A stretch of 64,000 nucleotides of DNA from a virus (Duplodnaviria > Caudoviricetes). Position numbers and translations under genes: made by a program. Below, piece after piece: positions 51,101-60,328 of the stretch; within the stretch, counting starts at the first letter, position 1, and every line of letters begins with the position of its first letter. Under the pieces are notes generated by a model, which was not told the origin of the DNA, did no database searches, and saw only the letters and a list, made by a program, of their open reading frames with translations. Location: the IMG/VR virus record IMGVR_UViG_3300013936_000025, positions 4,048-68,047 of that record. One strand, 5' to 3'.

Positions 51101-52072
51101 ATACTGCCAATGTATGCCATCCTTCATAAGCAAAAGGTAAAGCTCAATGGAGAAAAAATTTCCTTATATGATGCCTTGGAAGTAACCAATAAACAGGATG
51201 GCAATGCTGAGTTGAAGATAAAGGATGGAGTTACAGACCTTGATGGAAATCCTATAACTGACACATATATTAATAAAGTAAGAGGAATAATCTCCTATGC
51301 CAACAAGACTATGCATGGTGCCATGAATGCTGAGGACAGGGGACTCATACATCAGTATGTGCTAGGTAGACTTGCCATGAACTTTAGGCAGTGGATGGTA
51401 GGATTCTACTCTAGAAGATTCAGTAGGAGACACTTTAACTTTGACCTCAAGGACTATAGGGAAGGATATTGGACTACACTCTACAAGGCACTTGTTACAG
51501 ATGATGTAAAGGATGAATGGAAAGCAAGTACTTGGAAGAATGGTAGATTGAATGTCATGGGACAATTCCTAAAGGATTTCACTACTTTTATGTGTAGGTC
51601 TTCTACTCAATGGAGCAACCTTAATGATATGCAGAAAGCCAACATAAAGAGAGTTAGGTCAGAGATGCTTACTTATATAGCCCTAATAGGTCTTAGCTTT
51701 GCACTTGGGGAACCTGATGACCATAAGAAAGAGTTCTGGAGAAGGTGGTGGATATACCAAACAAAGAGAATGATAACAGATACTGAGGCTGGATTACCTA
51801 TGCCACAATTATTTAATAGTGGAATGACTATATTAAACTCTCCTATGGCAGGAATACCTACTATTACAGCTCTTATGTATACTGTAGCAGGACTTTATAA
51901 TGGTGATGTTTTTACAGAAATACAATCAGGTAAGCATAAAGGAGAAAATAGGTATATAAGAAATATGATTAAATACAATTTGCCTTTGTTTAAAGATATT
52001 GAGAAAATGGAAAACTTTGATTCTGATGATTCATTATTCAAAGTATTTGACTATAACTTAGGCAATCATTAA
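48128..52072 (+). CDS. Large helical virion cargo-type protein, about 1314 aa (start probably ATG48128)
   Basis: Size and position directly after the RNAP, as for crAss-like ejected proteins; no catalytic motif seen. Confidence 0.7.
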   Translation: MSKDTCKLYPEVTTPKGGVEASRLYKDLLNKDKFDYPRPFVNMVYANYIVSNIEAKMEAEKNADGTPKYQRNRQGQFSAKDVVEYLDLNKVFGEINTMSDEERRIGSVDSNGNKVDYTNAEEALKKIVDFNNTHKGLVAYLIPHGEVYNINVYTKDSRTITMSTTMQNMLDTWNRRKQVFEEAGVDITKMPEELNSIFNASNTFLDQYLKNLTSQKNGDFYKKDAMALLYIDKDSDEVQRLVKKFGSIEEAALALDDFNHGNITLPSNEQHLLQMALNHAKKLHGIDIDALVDEMNKMTKSSLKSPEWKIKHEIIRENKKWGIDKLEINRINNEIKFLSQANAEAAVQIDRRIKELYKEKGTNEEGRQLESVLNKLMNELNTNHYYTGIIDFLNIAGEDASKLDKLLESVPQDGDERTRIFNTIKTLQDAKKVINQYKYIVKALASDGITVDEAVTMENIKNIKDKAEKLSKFFAKKEGVIKDQTKTILHDFFVMATDGKMSEGEIHSILEKEVMEAGWTDRWLNSVGTAKNTFIAAAGTIMRNQEIQRDQANTAIKHQINRANYKLTKAGYNTRFMYEDEQHIVSNINWKAYDAAKEKQQKKLTRQGYRGFDFKQQMEDWEAANTEERLVDKKNGRKERVPNKNYRKIEDFQKGWSKEQKEYYDTMMELKGELETLYPEKGRNYYLPPQVRRNMVDAITDSTKEGNVKGIGKALKDKLKNFYTIREDDTDYAENGMVNGEEVTFGDGNYDNTEKKEIPIFFQKPVEKGELLLDFSSGMSRLAGSAINYDAMNSIRDVMEFMRDYADEKKAPANKTQVVDNGMIRVTKDLYKIAKKNGVAEILNGFIDSHIYGIKQFDEKMPKGLVKALDSIRNYTSLKGLMFNAPGAMANALTGVQQIFIDAGSGEFFGGKDLIWATGKLFGDAGLKGEAMEILSNNASHKAKLLRDLFDPMQENFENDKNKRYHSSMFRQLISKDCSFIGYGAGEWAIHILPMYAILHKQKVKLNGEKISLYDALEVTNKQDGNAELKIKDGVTDLDGNPITDTYINKVRGIISYANKTMHGAMNAEDRGLIHQYVLGRLAMNFRQWMVGFYSRRFSRRHFNFDLKDYREGYWTTLYKALVTDDVKDEWKASTWKNGRLNVMGQFLKDFTTFMCRSSTQWSNLNDMQKANIKRVRSEMLTYIALIGLSFALGEPDDHKKEFWRRWWIYQTKRMITDTEAGLPMPQLFNSGMTILNSPMAGIPTITALMYTVAGLYNGDVFTEIQSGKHKGENRYIRNMIKYNLPLFKDIEKMENFDSDDSLFKVFDYNLGNH

Positions 52073-52077
52073 TATAT

Positions 52078-52102
52078 AAGGGAGGTTAATAACCTCCCTT
52101 TA
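52078..52102. terminator. Bidirectional terminator between convergent genes
   Basis: AAGGGAGGTTA-A-TAACCTCCCTT perfect inverted repeat. Confidence 0.75.
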
Positions 52103-52798
52103 TTAATATCCCTTACCTTTATTAGCAAGTTTATACTTATTATTAGGAAGCTTCATTACAATAAGTTCATTCTTTCTTTCCCCTATTTCTTCTTCTGTAA
52201 GTTCTCCTAACTTTGATGAAAAACCTACAAAAGTTCTTGTAAAGCCTTTAGTAAACACACAACTATGAAAAGTTTCCCCAGTATCACTATTTACATATTC
52301 CTCTACTTTCATCTTACCAAACTCATCAGAGAAAGCTACAAGGCTCCAAGTTCTTAATGTTTGTTTTCCACTAGGAATAGGAAAATTATTAAAGTCTTTC
52401 TCAGACATTTCTTTATAGACTTGATACTTACTGAATACTTTCAATATATTTTGTCTTAAGTCCTCAGGAAAAGCTATATGTTGCTTGGCATTTATTTCTA
52501 TGTCCCAAAAAATGGCAGCATCCATCGTTGCCAATATTTGGGTATCATTGGAACTAAACATAAATTTAAACATACTGCAAATAACAGAAAGGAAATCTTC
52601 ATGAGTAGGCATGATGTTATATCTAGCAGACTCATTAAGTACCCTTGCTATTCTTGAGGAGTTAATTACAGTTTTCAAGACATTAGTAGCCTTATTTCTA
52701 CTATGGTTTTGATAATAGAAATGCTCTAGAAAATGTTCTCTTATTGCATAAAGATCTAGAGAACTCTTACTATAAAATTCATATAAAGAGTATAACAT
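52103..52798 (-). CDS. Hypothetical two-domain protein, isolated on the minus strand
   Basis: ORF track; AT-rich; C-terminal WSLVAF...TGETFHSCVF...FVGFSSKLGEL module. Confidence 0.75.
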   Translation of the reverse strand: MLYSLYEFYSKSSLDLYAIREHFLEHFYYQNHSRNKATNVLKTVINSSRIARVLNESARYNIMPTHEDFLSVICSMFKFMFSSNDTQILATMDAAIFWDIEINAKQHIAFPEDLRQNILKVFSKYQVYKEMSEKDFNNFPIPSGKQTLRTWSLVAFSDEFGKMKVEEYVNSDTGETFHSCVFTKGFTRTFVGFSSKLGELTEEEIGERKNELIVMKLPNNKYKLANKGKGY

Positions 52799-52915
52799 AA
52801 GCTTTCATTTTTAATCATAACGAGGGTTTTTATACAATATTGCATATACCATAAGAAAATTGCAAGTATCTCTTAGTACTTTTCTTAATATCTAGTTATT
52901 TTATCATAATACATC

Positions 52916-52923
52916 TACCTTTG
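52916..52923 (+). promoter_or_regulatory. TAnnTTTG promoter box (TACCTTTG)
   Basis: Exact motif upstream of ATG52947. Confidence 0.6.
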
Positions 52924-52946
52924 CATAAAGGATAGATATTGTTAAT

Positions 52947-53138
52947 ATGATAAACTGTAAGATACCATTTGAGAAATCAAGACCTAGGCAGCACTATACC
53001 TCTAGAGGCAAGTCAAAGGAAACTTATGAAACTAAAGAAGCTGCTGACAAATATATATCTAAGCATAAGTTAGTAGGTATGAAATCCTATTTCTGTAATG
53101 TATGCAACAAGTATCATATAGGACATTACACTATCTAG
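52947..53138 (+). CDS. Small Zn-finger-like protein, 63 aa
   Basis: YFCNVCNKYHIGH. Confidence 0.65.
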   Translation: MINCKIPFEKSRPRQHYTSRGKSKETYETKEAADKYISKHKLVGMKSYFCNVCNKYHIGHYTI

Positions 53139-53169
53139 GCATAGTAGTAAATGTATAAATAGTAATATA

Positions 53170-54003
53170 ATGTTAGAAAGAATTACAGGAGTGATACAGG
53201 CAATCACTGATTTTTTAGGGGGATTCAGTAAACTAAATGAGGTAAAAGACCATTCCATCACTATCTTCTTTAAGATAATTCTGTGCACCATAGTAGCTTT
53301 ATTCCTAGGAAAGCTATTTCTAAGGGACGAGCTTTATGATTGGGTAGTAGATGTAATACTAAAACCAAATCCTATTACTATAGGGGCAGTTATTGGGCTA
53401 GCAATGGTAGTGTACTCAATGTATGCCCAGAAGAGAACTATGAATGCAGTTCTTGATGCTTTGCAATGGCAGAAGAAAAGAGACAAAGAATGCTATGCAC
53501 AAACATCAAAGATAGAAGATGAGGCTAATGACCTTACAGATTACCTAAGGGAAGCATTACATTGTGATGTGGTAACAGTAGAATTGATGCATAATACTGA
53601 AAAATACATAGGTGGGTATCATAAGAGGTTCTATGATGAGAGCTTCCCATCAGTAAATACTGCTGAGGGAGTACAGTTCAATTGCAAGGATTACCAGAGC
53701 ATTCCTACCAACCTTTTTCCTATCATAGGTCACATGCTAAAGAATAAGTTTGAATGGTTCTCATCCATCAAAGAGGTTAATAAGATTGATGCTGGCTATG
53801 CTAAGATATTAAAGGACTACAAATGTATAGCACTAGGTATGAGGGCAATGAAGACCTCCAAAGGTGAAGACTTGGGTATTCTTACTGTCACCTGGAGAGA
53901 AGGCCATGAAGATAAGATTCCTTCAACAGATGTAATACAAGAGAAGATGACAGAGGTAGCCTCCAAGCTTGAGATTCTTCTTGATATGTCAGAATATGAA
54001 TAG
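53170..54003 (+). CDS. Membrane protein with two N-terminal TM segments and a GAF-like soluble domain (holin candidate)
   Basis: Hydrophobic 31-50 and 70-88; downstream alpha/beta pattern ending LGILTVTW. Confidence 0.6.
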   Translation: MLERITGVIQAITDFLGGFSKLNEVKDHSITIFFKIILCTIVALFLGKLFLRDELYDWVVDVILKPNPITIGAVIGLAMVVYSMYAQKRTMNAVLDALQWQKKRDKECYAQTSKIEDEANDLTDYLREALHCDVVTVELMHNTEKYIGGYHKRFYDESFPSVNTAEGVQFNCKDYQSIPTNLFPIIGHMLKNKFEWFSSIKEVNKIDAGYAKILKDYKCIALGMRAMKTSKGEDLGILTVTWREGHEDKIPSTDVIQEKMTEVASKLEILLDMSEYE

Positions 54004-54066
54004 ATTCTTTTCATTTCTTTTCAATTCTTTAAACATTGGAAAGATTTTGTCATGTTATTATAAGAC

Positions 54067-54101
54067 AAAAGGTAGGGGTTTACACCTCTACCTTTCTTTT
54101 T
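54067..54101. terminator. Bidirectional terminator
   Basis: AAAAGGTAGGGG/CCTCTACCTTT stem with A- and T-runs on either side. Confidence 0.75.
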
Positions 54102-54111
54102 ATCTAAATTC

Positions 54112-55878
54112 CTAAGAACATATCTGTCCTACATAGTTCAATAAGCTAGGCATATTGTTATCTACCAATCCTGTAAAAGGAGTATCCTGACCAAACAATC
54201 CCATAATAGTATTAAACCTCTGTAAGTTATCAAGCCTCTCTTGCTTAGGATTATATACAGAAGTCTGGGCAGGCTTAGGAGTATTGAATAATGACTCATC
54301 AATTACAGGGGACTTATAAACAGTAGTAGGGTCAATATCCATGACATCAGGAGCTTGTAATAGTGGAATATTAAGACTATCAATATCAGTATCAAGAGCA
54401 TTATAGTAATCCTGAGATGGTAAATACTGTTGTAAATCTATATGAGTGCCTAAACTATCATCACCTGTAAATCGAGTTCTAAAGTTACCACCAAAGAGTT
54501 CTCTTTCAGCATTTCTTCTAGTAGTCAGTCCCCTCAACTCATTATCTCTTGAAGCCCACATAGACCTCTGTACATCCTCCCTAGTAGCTTTACCTTGGGT
54601 ATAGGCAGTAAGGGTAGGTAATACTCTTTCCTTCAAGTTACCCATACCAACATTATATCCATAGGAATACAATGCATCAAGCTGTTGAGGAGATAATTTA
54701 TCTCTTACACTAGCAGGGATAACTCTATTAAAGTCATTAGCCTCTGCTGCAAAACTTCTATTGGTCTTCATGGAAGAACCTTCCCAATTAGTGATTCTTC
54801 TCTTAATGCTTTCAGAAGGCTTATAACCGCCACCAGCATATTGATTACCTTGCCAAGTCTCTGTATAAACATTCCCATTACTATCAGTAGTAGGATAATA
54901 TCCCAGTGAGGCATCTTCCATAAGAGCCTTGAGAAATGTAGGATGATGTGGAGCTTTGAGTATTTTACCACTCTGAGGGTCTCTAGAACCAAGGTGATAT
55001 GACTTATCTTCTGGATTCCACATAGGTTGCATACCTGCTTTATAAGCAGCCCTCATATCATAATCATTGTCATTGGTGCCTCTTAGGTTCTTAGGAAGCC
55101 TACTTCTCCAAGCTCTATAGCCTGCTTCATCCTGCATAGTCCAATCATTCATCTTACCACCTTTGGCAAACTCATTATAGGCTTGCCTTATCTCAGGAAG
55201 AGTAGTAATACCATTGGCAATGGCTACTCTCATCATCTCAGCCTTATCTTTCATAGATAGACTATCCCAAGAGTTATCATCAAGATAGCCTCCTTCATCA
55301 TACTTAGATGGAAATCTTGTTGGTTCTTTCCAAGGTCTTGGAGTCCATTTCTTGGGAGTGCTAGGATTTGAAAGAACCTCGTTTACAACTAATTTATTAA
55401 GAACTTTCTTACCTACTTTAAGTCTATTATTATAGGAATCTTCCTTTCCTTGAGGTCTTACATATCCATAGCTAAGTGCTCTAAATTTCTTATCAAAAGG
55501 AACTTTGTCACCATGAAAGTTTTCATAGGTCTCATTCTTAGAATTATACCCACTGCCCTTGCCTCCATGAGTCCAACTTTTACCATCTGTAGAATTATCA
55601 ATGGTATTTTTTATATACTGAATTTGATTTTGTAATTCCACATCATTATTAGAACTCTTTGGTCTATATCTATCAGCACCCCATTGGAGTAGCCCTTGAT
55701 AAGCACCACTAGGATTCTTAGCAAGAGGATTACCTCCAGATTCTTCTATAATAGAACCTAGAATAGCTGCCCTTTGATCAATTGGCATTGGCTTTAAGCC
55801 TTCATTTATCCTAATCAAATTAGGAGTTTCATATCCCCTACCTCTAGTAGTAGATATTCCTTCAAAATCTATCGGCAT
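54112..55878 (-). CDS. Modular virion-associated muramidase: tail-lysozyme-like N-terminus plus truncated GH24-like domain
   Basis: AAILGSIIEESGG...GLLQW; WEG...LDALYSYGYNVG...GLTTRRNAERELF. Confidence 0.75.
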   Translation of the reverse strand: MPIDFEGISTTRGRGYETPNLIRINEGLKPMPIDQRAAILGSIIEESGGNPLAKNPSGAYQGLLQWGADRYRPKSSNNDVELQNQIQYIKNTIDNSTDGKSWTHGGKGSGYNSKNETYENFHGDKVPFDKKFRALSYGYVRPQGKEDSYNNRLKVGKKVLNKLVVNEVLSNPSTPKKWTPRPWKEPTRFPSKYDEGGYLDDNSWDSLSMKDKAEMMRVAIANGITTLPEIRQAYNEFAKGGKMNDWTMQDEAGYRAWRSRLPKNLRGTNDNDYDMRAAYKAGMQPMWNPEDKSYHLGSRDPQSGKILKAPHHPTFLKALMEDASLGYYPTTDSNGNVYTETWQGNQYAGGGYKPSESIKRRITNWEGSSMKTNRSFAAEANDFNRVIPASVRDKLSPQQLDALYSYGYNVGMGNLKERVLPTLTAYTQGKATREDVQRSMWASRDNELRGLTTRRNAERELFGGNFRTRFTGDDSLGTHIDLQQYLPSQDYYNALDTDIDSLNIPLLQAPDVMDIDPTTVYKSPVIDESLFNTPKPAQTSVYNPKQERLDNLQRFNTIMGLFGQDTPFTGLVDNNMPSLLNYVGQICS

Positions 55879-55881
55879 AAA

Positions 55882-56214
55882 TTAATATTTTCCTTTTCTT
55901 AAATCATTATACTTGATGCATACAGTATCACCTTGATCACTAATCCAAAAGCTAACAGAGATAGAATCCTTCCAATAATTATAATAAGTTGAATCTAATG
56001 GAACATAATTATATTTTCGATAAATTATCTTATAGGTACCATAGTCTTTATAGCAATCTTGATTCCTAGTATCCACTACTATCTCCTTAACCAACTTACT
56101 ATGAGGAGTAAAATGCTCATAGTAATGATCCACCTTATAGGTATGATACTTAGCAAATGCTAGGACTACTGCTACCATGGTAACTAAAGCTATTATATAT
56201 TTCTTCATAATCAA
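55882..56214 (-). CDS. Hypothetical secreted/membrane protein, 110 aa
   Basis: N-terminal signal-like KKYIIALVTMVAVVLAFA. Confidence 0.7.
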   Translation of the reverse strand: MIMKKYIIALVTMVAVVLAFAKYHTYKVDHYYEHFTPHSKLVKEIVVDTRNQDCYKDYGTYKIIYRKYNYVPLDSTYYNYWKDSISVSFWISDQGDTVCIKYNDLRKGKY

Positions 56215-56225
56215 TTCTTTTTATG

Positions 56226-56233
56226 CAAAGATA
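56226..56233 (-). promoter_or_regulatory. TAnnTTTG promoter box (minus strand)
   Basis: Reverse complement TATCTTTG just upstream of the 56214 gene. Confidence 0.55.
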
Positions 56234-56272
56234 CTATAAATACTCTTACGCTACAAGTGTCAATGCTTTCTT

Positions 56273-56722
56273 TTAAGATTTCTTAGACTTATGATTCCAT
56301 TCATCTATCTTATCAAAGAGTACTGAACACATAAACTCTAATAAGTAAGCCTCTGTCTCTTCATCATCAACACCCCTATCCTTACATATTTTTCTCATAG
56401 CATGATACATTTCATGTATAATAACAGTCTTTGATAAAGTCTTTGGTGTACCATTAAGTATGACAAAGGTTCCCTTGCCACTATCTGAGCTTTGAATTAC
56501 ATAGGTTAACCCCAGGGGAAAAGGGTCTTCTATCTTTAGCTCTTCTCTAAGTACATTTGCAAATTCCTTTGCATAATTAGATTCCATAAGTAAATCATCT
56601 TTAAGAACAGATTCAATCTCCTCTTGAAGAAATTCCCTTGAGTTAGTGATGATTACTGCAACATCTCTACGGAATATATCTACAGGTATTCCCATAGACC
56701 ATATTTTATCTTTTTGTTTCAT
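56273..56722 (-). CDS. Small HExxH zincin-like protein
   Basis: IIHEMYHAM...ETEAYL. Confidence 0.75.
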   Translation of the reverse strand: MKQKDKIWSMGIPVDIFRRDVAVIITNSREFLQEEIESVLKDDLLMESNYAKEFANVLREELKIEDPFPLGLTYVIQSSDSGKGTFVILNGTPKTLSKTVIIHEMYHAMRKICKDRGVDDEETEAYLLEFMCSVLFDKIDEWNHKSKKS

Positions 56723-56723
56723 A

Positions 56724-57275
56724 TCAATCTACATTATCAAATATTGTAAGTTCCTGACTACCTCTAGCCTTGTCATTTTCAGTGAGTTCTTCCTCAACTT
56801 TCTTCTGTAAGCTCTGTATTGAATTTACTATACCCTCCACATTCTTCAATGTAGAGGTAATAGAGGATATTTGATACTTAGGTTTACCTTTATCATCCTC
56901 CTGCTCTAGAATATCTGGCTTCTTAAGAAATTCACTTACTGTATGAGCAGCCTTCAATGCAGCATTAAGTAACTCTTGTGAAGGAGTTACTGTATGCTTT
57001 TTATATACCTCCATGGCTTCCTTCAATAAAGGAGAAGGAGTAAAGTCCTTAGGTAATCCCTCCTGCTCTATGATAGTCTTAGCCCTCTCATTCATATCAA
57101 GAATATAAGAGTAAGTACTCCTAGGATCTATCATAAAATATAAGTAGGAAATTTGCTTAAAAAACTGTTCTTTTGATGAAGAACGGTCTTGGTTATACAG
57201 CTTCCTTATAGGCTTGACCAACATGGCTTCATCTGCCACTTGGATGGAAAAATTTTCAACTTTGATTAATTTCAT
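56724..57275 (-). CDS. Helical hypothetical protein of the portal region (possible small terminase, unproven)
   Basis: YLYFMIDPRS.Y motif with coiled-coil C-terminus; position near the portal. Confidence 0.6.
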   Translation of the reverse strand: MKLIKVENFSIQVADEAMLVKPIRKLYNQDRSSSKEQFFKQISYLYFMIDPRSTYSYILDMNERAKTIIEQEGLPKDFTPSPLLKEAMEVYKKHTVTPSQELLNAALKAAHTVSEFLKKPDILEQEDDKGKPKYQISSITSTLKNVEGIVNSIQSLQKKVEEELTENDKARGSQELTIFDNVD

Positions 57276-57305
57276 TACTTCTACTCTTTAAACATTATAT
57301 TTCTC

Positions 57306-57743
57306 CTACTTACTGAAATACCTATCAGCTTCCCATTGTCGTCTTTTGGCAAGTCCAGATAGCTTCTGCCCTCCACAATATACCCATTTCTTAAATTCAT
57401 CTCTAAGGAGTTTCTCAGAAGCTTTTGCTTTTATTCTTTTGAGAAGGGTACTTCCACCAAGGGCATTGCATCCAAGGTTATAGCTAAAGTCAACCAAGGC
57501 ATCAAACTGTCCTTGAGTCATAGCAACTCCCAACTTATTTACATAGTTTTCATAAGTTACTAAATCCTTCCATAGTAGCTTCTCTGCATTATCCTTGGTT
57601 ACAGTCATGGTAGCCTTTACATCAGCACCATAATGACCATAACCAATGGTTAGATATTTCTCAGATTTATCTGCCTTGTAAGGCTTTGCTGAGAATCCTT
57701 CAAACTCCTTCAATTTATTTATCAATATATCACTAGCTTTCAT
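57306..57743 (-). CDS. GH24 lysozyme (endolysin)
   Basis: EFEG...YLTIGYGH...QFDALVDFSYNLG...GLAKRRQWE. Confidence 0.92.
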   Translation of the reverse strand: MKASDILINKLKEFEGFSAKPYKADKSEKYLTIGYGHYGADVKATMTVTKDNAEKLLWKDLVTYENYVNKLGVAMTQGQFDALVDFSYNLGCNALGGSTLLKRIKAKASEKLLRDEFKKWVYCGGQKLSGLAKRRQWEADRYFSK

Positions 57744-57744
57744 A

Positions 57745-60153
57745 TTACTTCTTATTACTATTGTTCTTCTTTATTGTTGCCTTTATCTGCTGTTCTTTAA
57801 GTCTAGCATCATCTTTCTGTTTAGCTTTAAGATAGGAAAGGTTTTCATTGAATTGTCTTGTATTCTCTGATAGCTTTTCTCTTTCAAGAGCAGTAGTATC
57901 TACTGCATCACCTGCCTCTAGAGACATACGAATTTCTTCAGCTCTACTGTTTATCTGAGCCACCAAAATATTGTTCTCCATCTCATCTTGATGCATCTTA
58001 TATTTAAGTTCTAACTCAGCTTGTGCCTGTTGAGCTTGTTGCTGCAATTGTGCTTGTTGCATCTGAAGTTGTTGCTGTTGTTGTTGCTGTGCTTCCTCTC
58101 TTCTCTTCTTCTCATTATTCTCAACCATCCTTTGTTTCTCAGCAGTACTCTTAGTGGTATATATCTTCATGATAGCTGAGAAGTCAAGAGCTTGATTCTG
58201 AAGGGCAGCCTGTGCAAGTGTGTCAAGTTTCTGACTAAGTTCCATGGTACCATTGCTATTGTCTACTACAAGACCATAATCACACTCTGCAAACTCATCA
58301 CCATCAATTTCTACAATCTGTTTACTTCCATTGTCAAGGATATAGTCAAATTTCTTTTTTCTACCTCTAAGAGCAATCTTAGCTGTCTCTAGAAAACATT
58401 CAAGTACCCTCTTCTTTACATCATCATGTATGAAGAACAATCCTTCTGTAATAAGTGAAGATTGAAGAGTAGCCCTCTCAACACCCCCTACAGTCTCTCT
58501 GTTGGAAATCTGACCTTCCCTTTGCTTGGAGATTCCTGCTAGCTCTCCAATCTTAGTGGAAATCCATTCCAGCAAACTAATATATTGTTGAATCTCATTC
58601 CCAAGGGATGCATCTATAACTCCTGAGGAAGCATTGTTCATGGCACCTGCCAACTTACCAGTGGCTACACCTATGTTACCTTCCTTGAAGCTATCCTCAG
58701 CTGCTATATTATTGACATTGATATAGTACATCCACTTATCAACATCCCATCCTTTAGGCACCTTGGCAAAGTCCATCTTAATGATTTTACCTATGTTCTT
58801 TGCTATTACTTTATTAAGTCTATCATGGATAACATCATAGAGATAAGCATAAGGTTCCATTATATCCACAAGAGAGAAAGGCTCATTACCATTGATATTG
58901 TAGATACTACCAATAATGCCAAAATGACACCTTGAAGGATTACTAAGCCTATTGTACTGCACAGGTCTAGGTCTCATGTTTACATAGATGTCCTTACCTA
59001 TCTTAGTACCTTCCCATGCTTCATTAACCCAAAATGTCTGTTCTTCCTCTCCTTTCATAGGGTCGCAATGGTAAGTCTCTGGATAGAAGTTAAACTCTTC
59101 CTCACCAGTTTCAGGATCATAGCTCTTTACTTTCTTAATTTGTCTTCTAGATTTCCAATACACCCTAAGTACTCTCACATTACCATTGCTATCATAAGGT
59201 AAGTAAGACTCATCAAAGGTATTATCAAATAGACTATAAGGGTCTATTACAGCATCTCCTGCTGTCTCAACACTAATATTAGGAACAAATCCATACCTAG
59301 GATCTAGGTTATCCATACTATCAGTATAAGGACTGGCATTACTATTGTCAGGAGCATTCTCCAGGGCTTCTATATCTTTCTTAGACAGTTGGTCATAGAA
59401 AGTATCAATAACTCTACCAGGATTCCAATAATCCTCAAGTACTATCATGTCAGCATCCTCTATCTTATTTGAATAACCTGACTTGATGACTCTCATCTTA
59501 GTAGGATTTATTTTCTCCACATAAGGTTCCCCTCCCACTATATCACATTGATAAGCTTCCTCTCCTACAGTATAGGCATCAACAAAACCTTTATTGAATA
59601 ATTGGGGAATGTTAAGTTCCTTCATGTAATGATTAAGCAAAAGATTGCCTCTTACCTCTCTTTTATCTTGGTATTCATAAGTAAAATAATCTGATTGCTT
59701 CTGAATCTCTTGGTTAAACTCATCCTGACTTTGGGAATCATCCATAATTACTTGCTGAAGCATCATGTTTACTTGATTGTTCTTTTCCTCTTCTATCTCT
59801 GAAACAGCTGTTGGATTAGTAACTACAACCCTAAAGTCAAAGAGCCTCTTAGCTTCCTCACCTTTTAAGACAGAAAGCTTTGAGTTGATGATAGAATAGT
59901 GTTGAATATTATCTGGAATAAATGATGCATCCAAGCTATATGGATTTACCAATTGCTTGAGGTCACTCATGTGTATTTTACCATTGATAAGGTCATAGTT
60001 TATCTTCATAGCCTGTACAGACTTCCTTGTCAAGTGATAATGAAGTAAGCTATGATTGTCTCCAAAATCCACACATCTGCGCCTCCAAGATTTACCTTTC
60101 TTATTGAAGGTTAATTGTTGTGATGGAAATCCACCTATTGCGTTATATGCCAT
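57745..60153 (-). CDS. Portal protein (crAss-like, 802 aa)
   Basis: Size, FPSQQL...W N-terminus, GISKQREGQI...ETVGGVER segment and Gln-rich coiled-coil C-terminus as in crAss-like portals. Confidence 0.8.
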   Translation of the reverse strand: MAYNAIGGFPSQQLTFNKKGKSWRRRCVDFGDNHSLLHYHLTRKSVQAMKINYDLINGKIHMSDLKQLVNPYSLDASFIPDNIQHYSIINSKLSVLKGEEAKRLFDFRVVVTNPTAVSEIEEEKNNQVNMMLQQVIMDDSQSQDEFNQEIQKQSDYFTYEYQDKREVRGNLLLNHYMKELNIPQLFNKGFVDAYTVGEEAYQCDIVGGEPYVEKINPTKMRVIKSGYSNKIEDADMIVLEDYWNPGRVIDTFYDQLSKKDIEALENAPDNSNASPYTDSMDNLDPRYGFVPNISVETAGDAVIDPYSLFDNTFDESYLPYDSNGNVRVLRVYWKSRRQIKKVKSYDPETGEEEFNFYPETYHCDPMKGEEEQTFWVNEAWEGTKIGKDIYVNMRPRPVQYNRLSNPSRCHFGIIGSIYNINGNEPFSLVDIMEPYAYLYDVIHDRLNKVIAKNIGKIIKMDFAKVPKGWDVDKWMYYINVNNIAAEDSFKEGNIGVATGKLAGAMNNASSGVIDASLGNEIQQYISLLEWISTKIGELAGISKQREGQISNRETVGGVERATLQSSLITEGLFFIHDDVKKRVLECFLETAKIALRGRKKKFDYILDNGSKQIVEIDGDEFAECDYGLVVDNSNGTMELSQKLDTLAQAALQNQALDFSAIMKIYTTKSTAEKQRMVENNEKKRREEAQQQQQQQLQMQQAQLQQQAQQAQAELELKYKMHQDEMENNILVAQINSRAEEIRMSLEAGDAVDTTALEREKLSENTRQFNENLSYLKAKQKDDARLKEQQIKATIKKNNSNKK

Positions 60154-60179
60154 ATTTAATCTCTTTATTTATTTTTAGG

Positions 60180-60187
60180 CAAAGATA
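60180..60187 (-). promoter_or_regulatory. TAnnTTTG promoter box upstream of the portal
   Basis: Reverse complement TATCTTTG, 26 nt upstream of the ATG. Confidence 0.65.
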
Positions 60188-60328
60188 ATAAAAGGGATAA
60201 GCATTAAACAGGCCTTAATAACTTTGGTAGATGAATCTAAATATATTGGTTAGCATTATATATAAAAAGGAGAAAGACTCCCTTAGGAACCTTCCTCCTT
60301 GTATCAAACAGTTATTCTTAATATCCTC

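Noticed and set aside
5686-51565. Numerous short antisense or alternate-frame ORFs in the track (e.g. 5686..6000, 9196..9624, 45192..45821, 47289..47828)
   Set aside because: They lie wholly within well-supported genes, lack motifs and look like shadow ORFs of biased codon usage.
58020-58100. CTG/TTG-rich microsatellite
   Set aside because: It encodes the poly-Gln coiled coil of the portal C-terminus.
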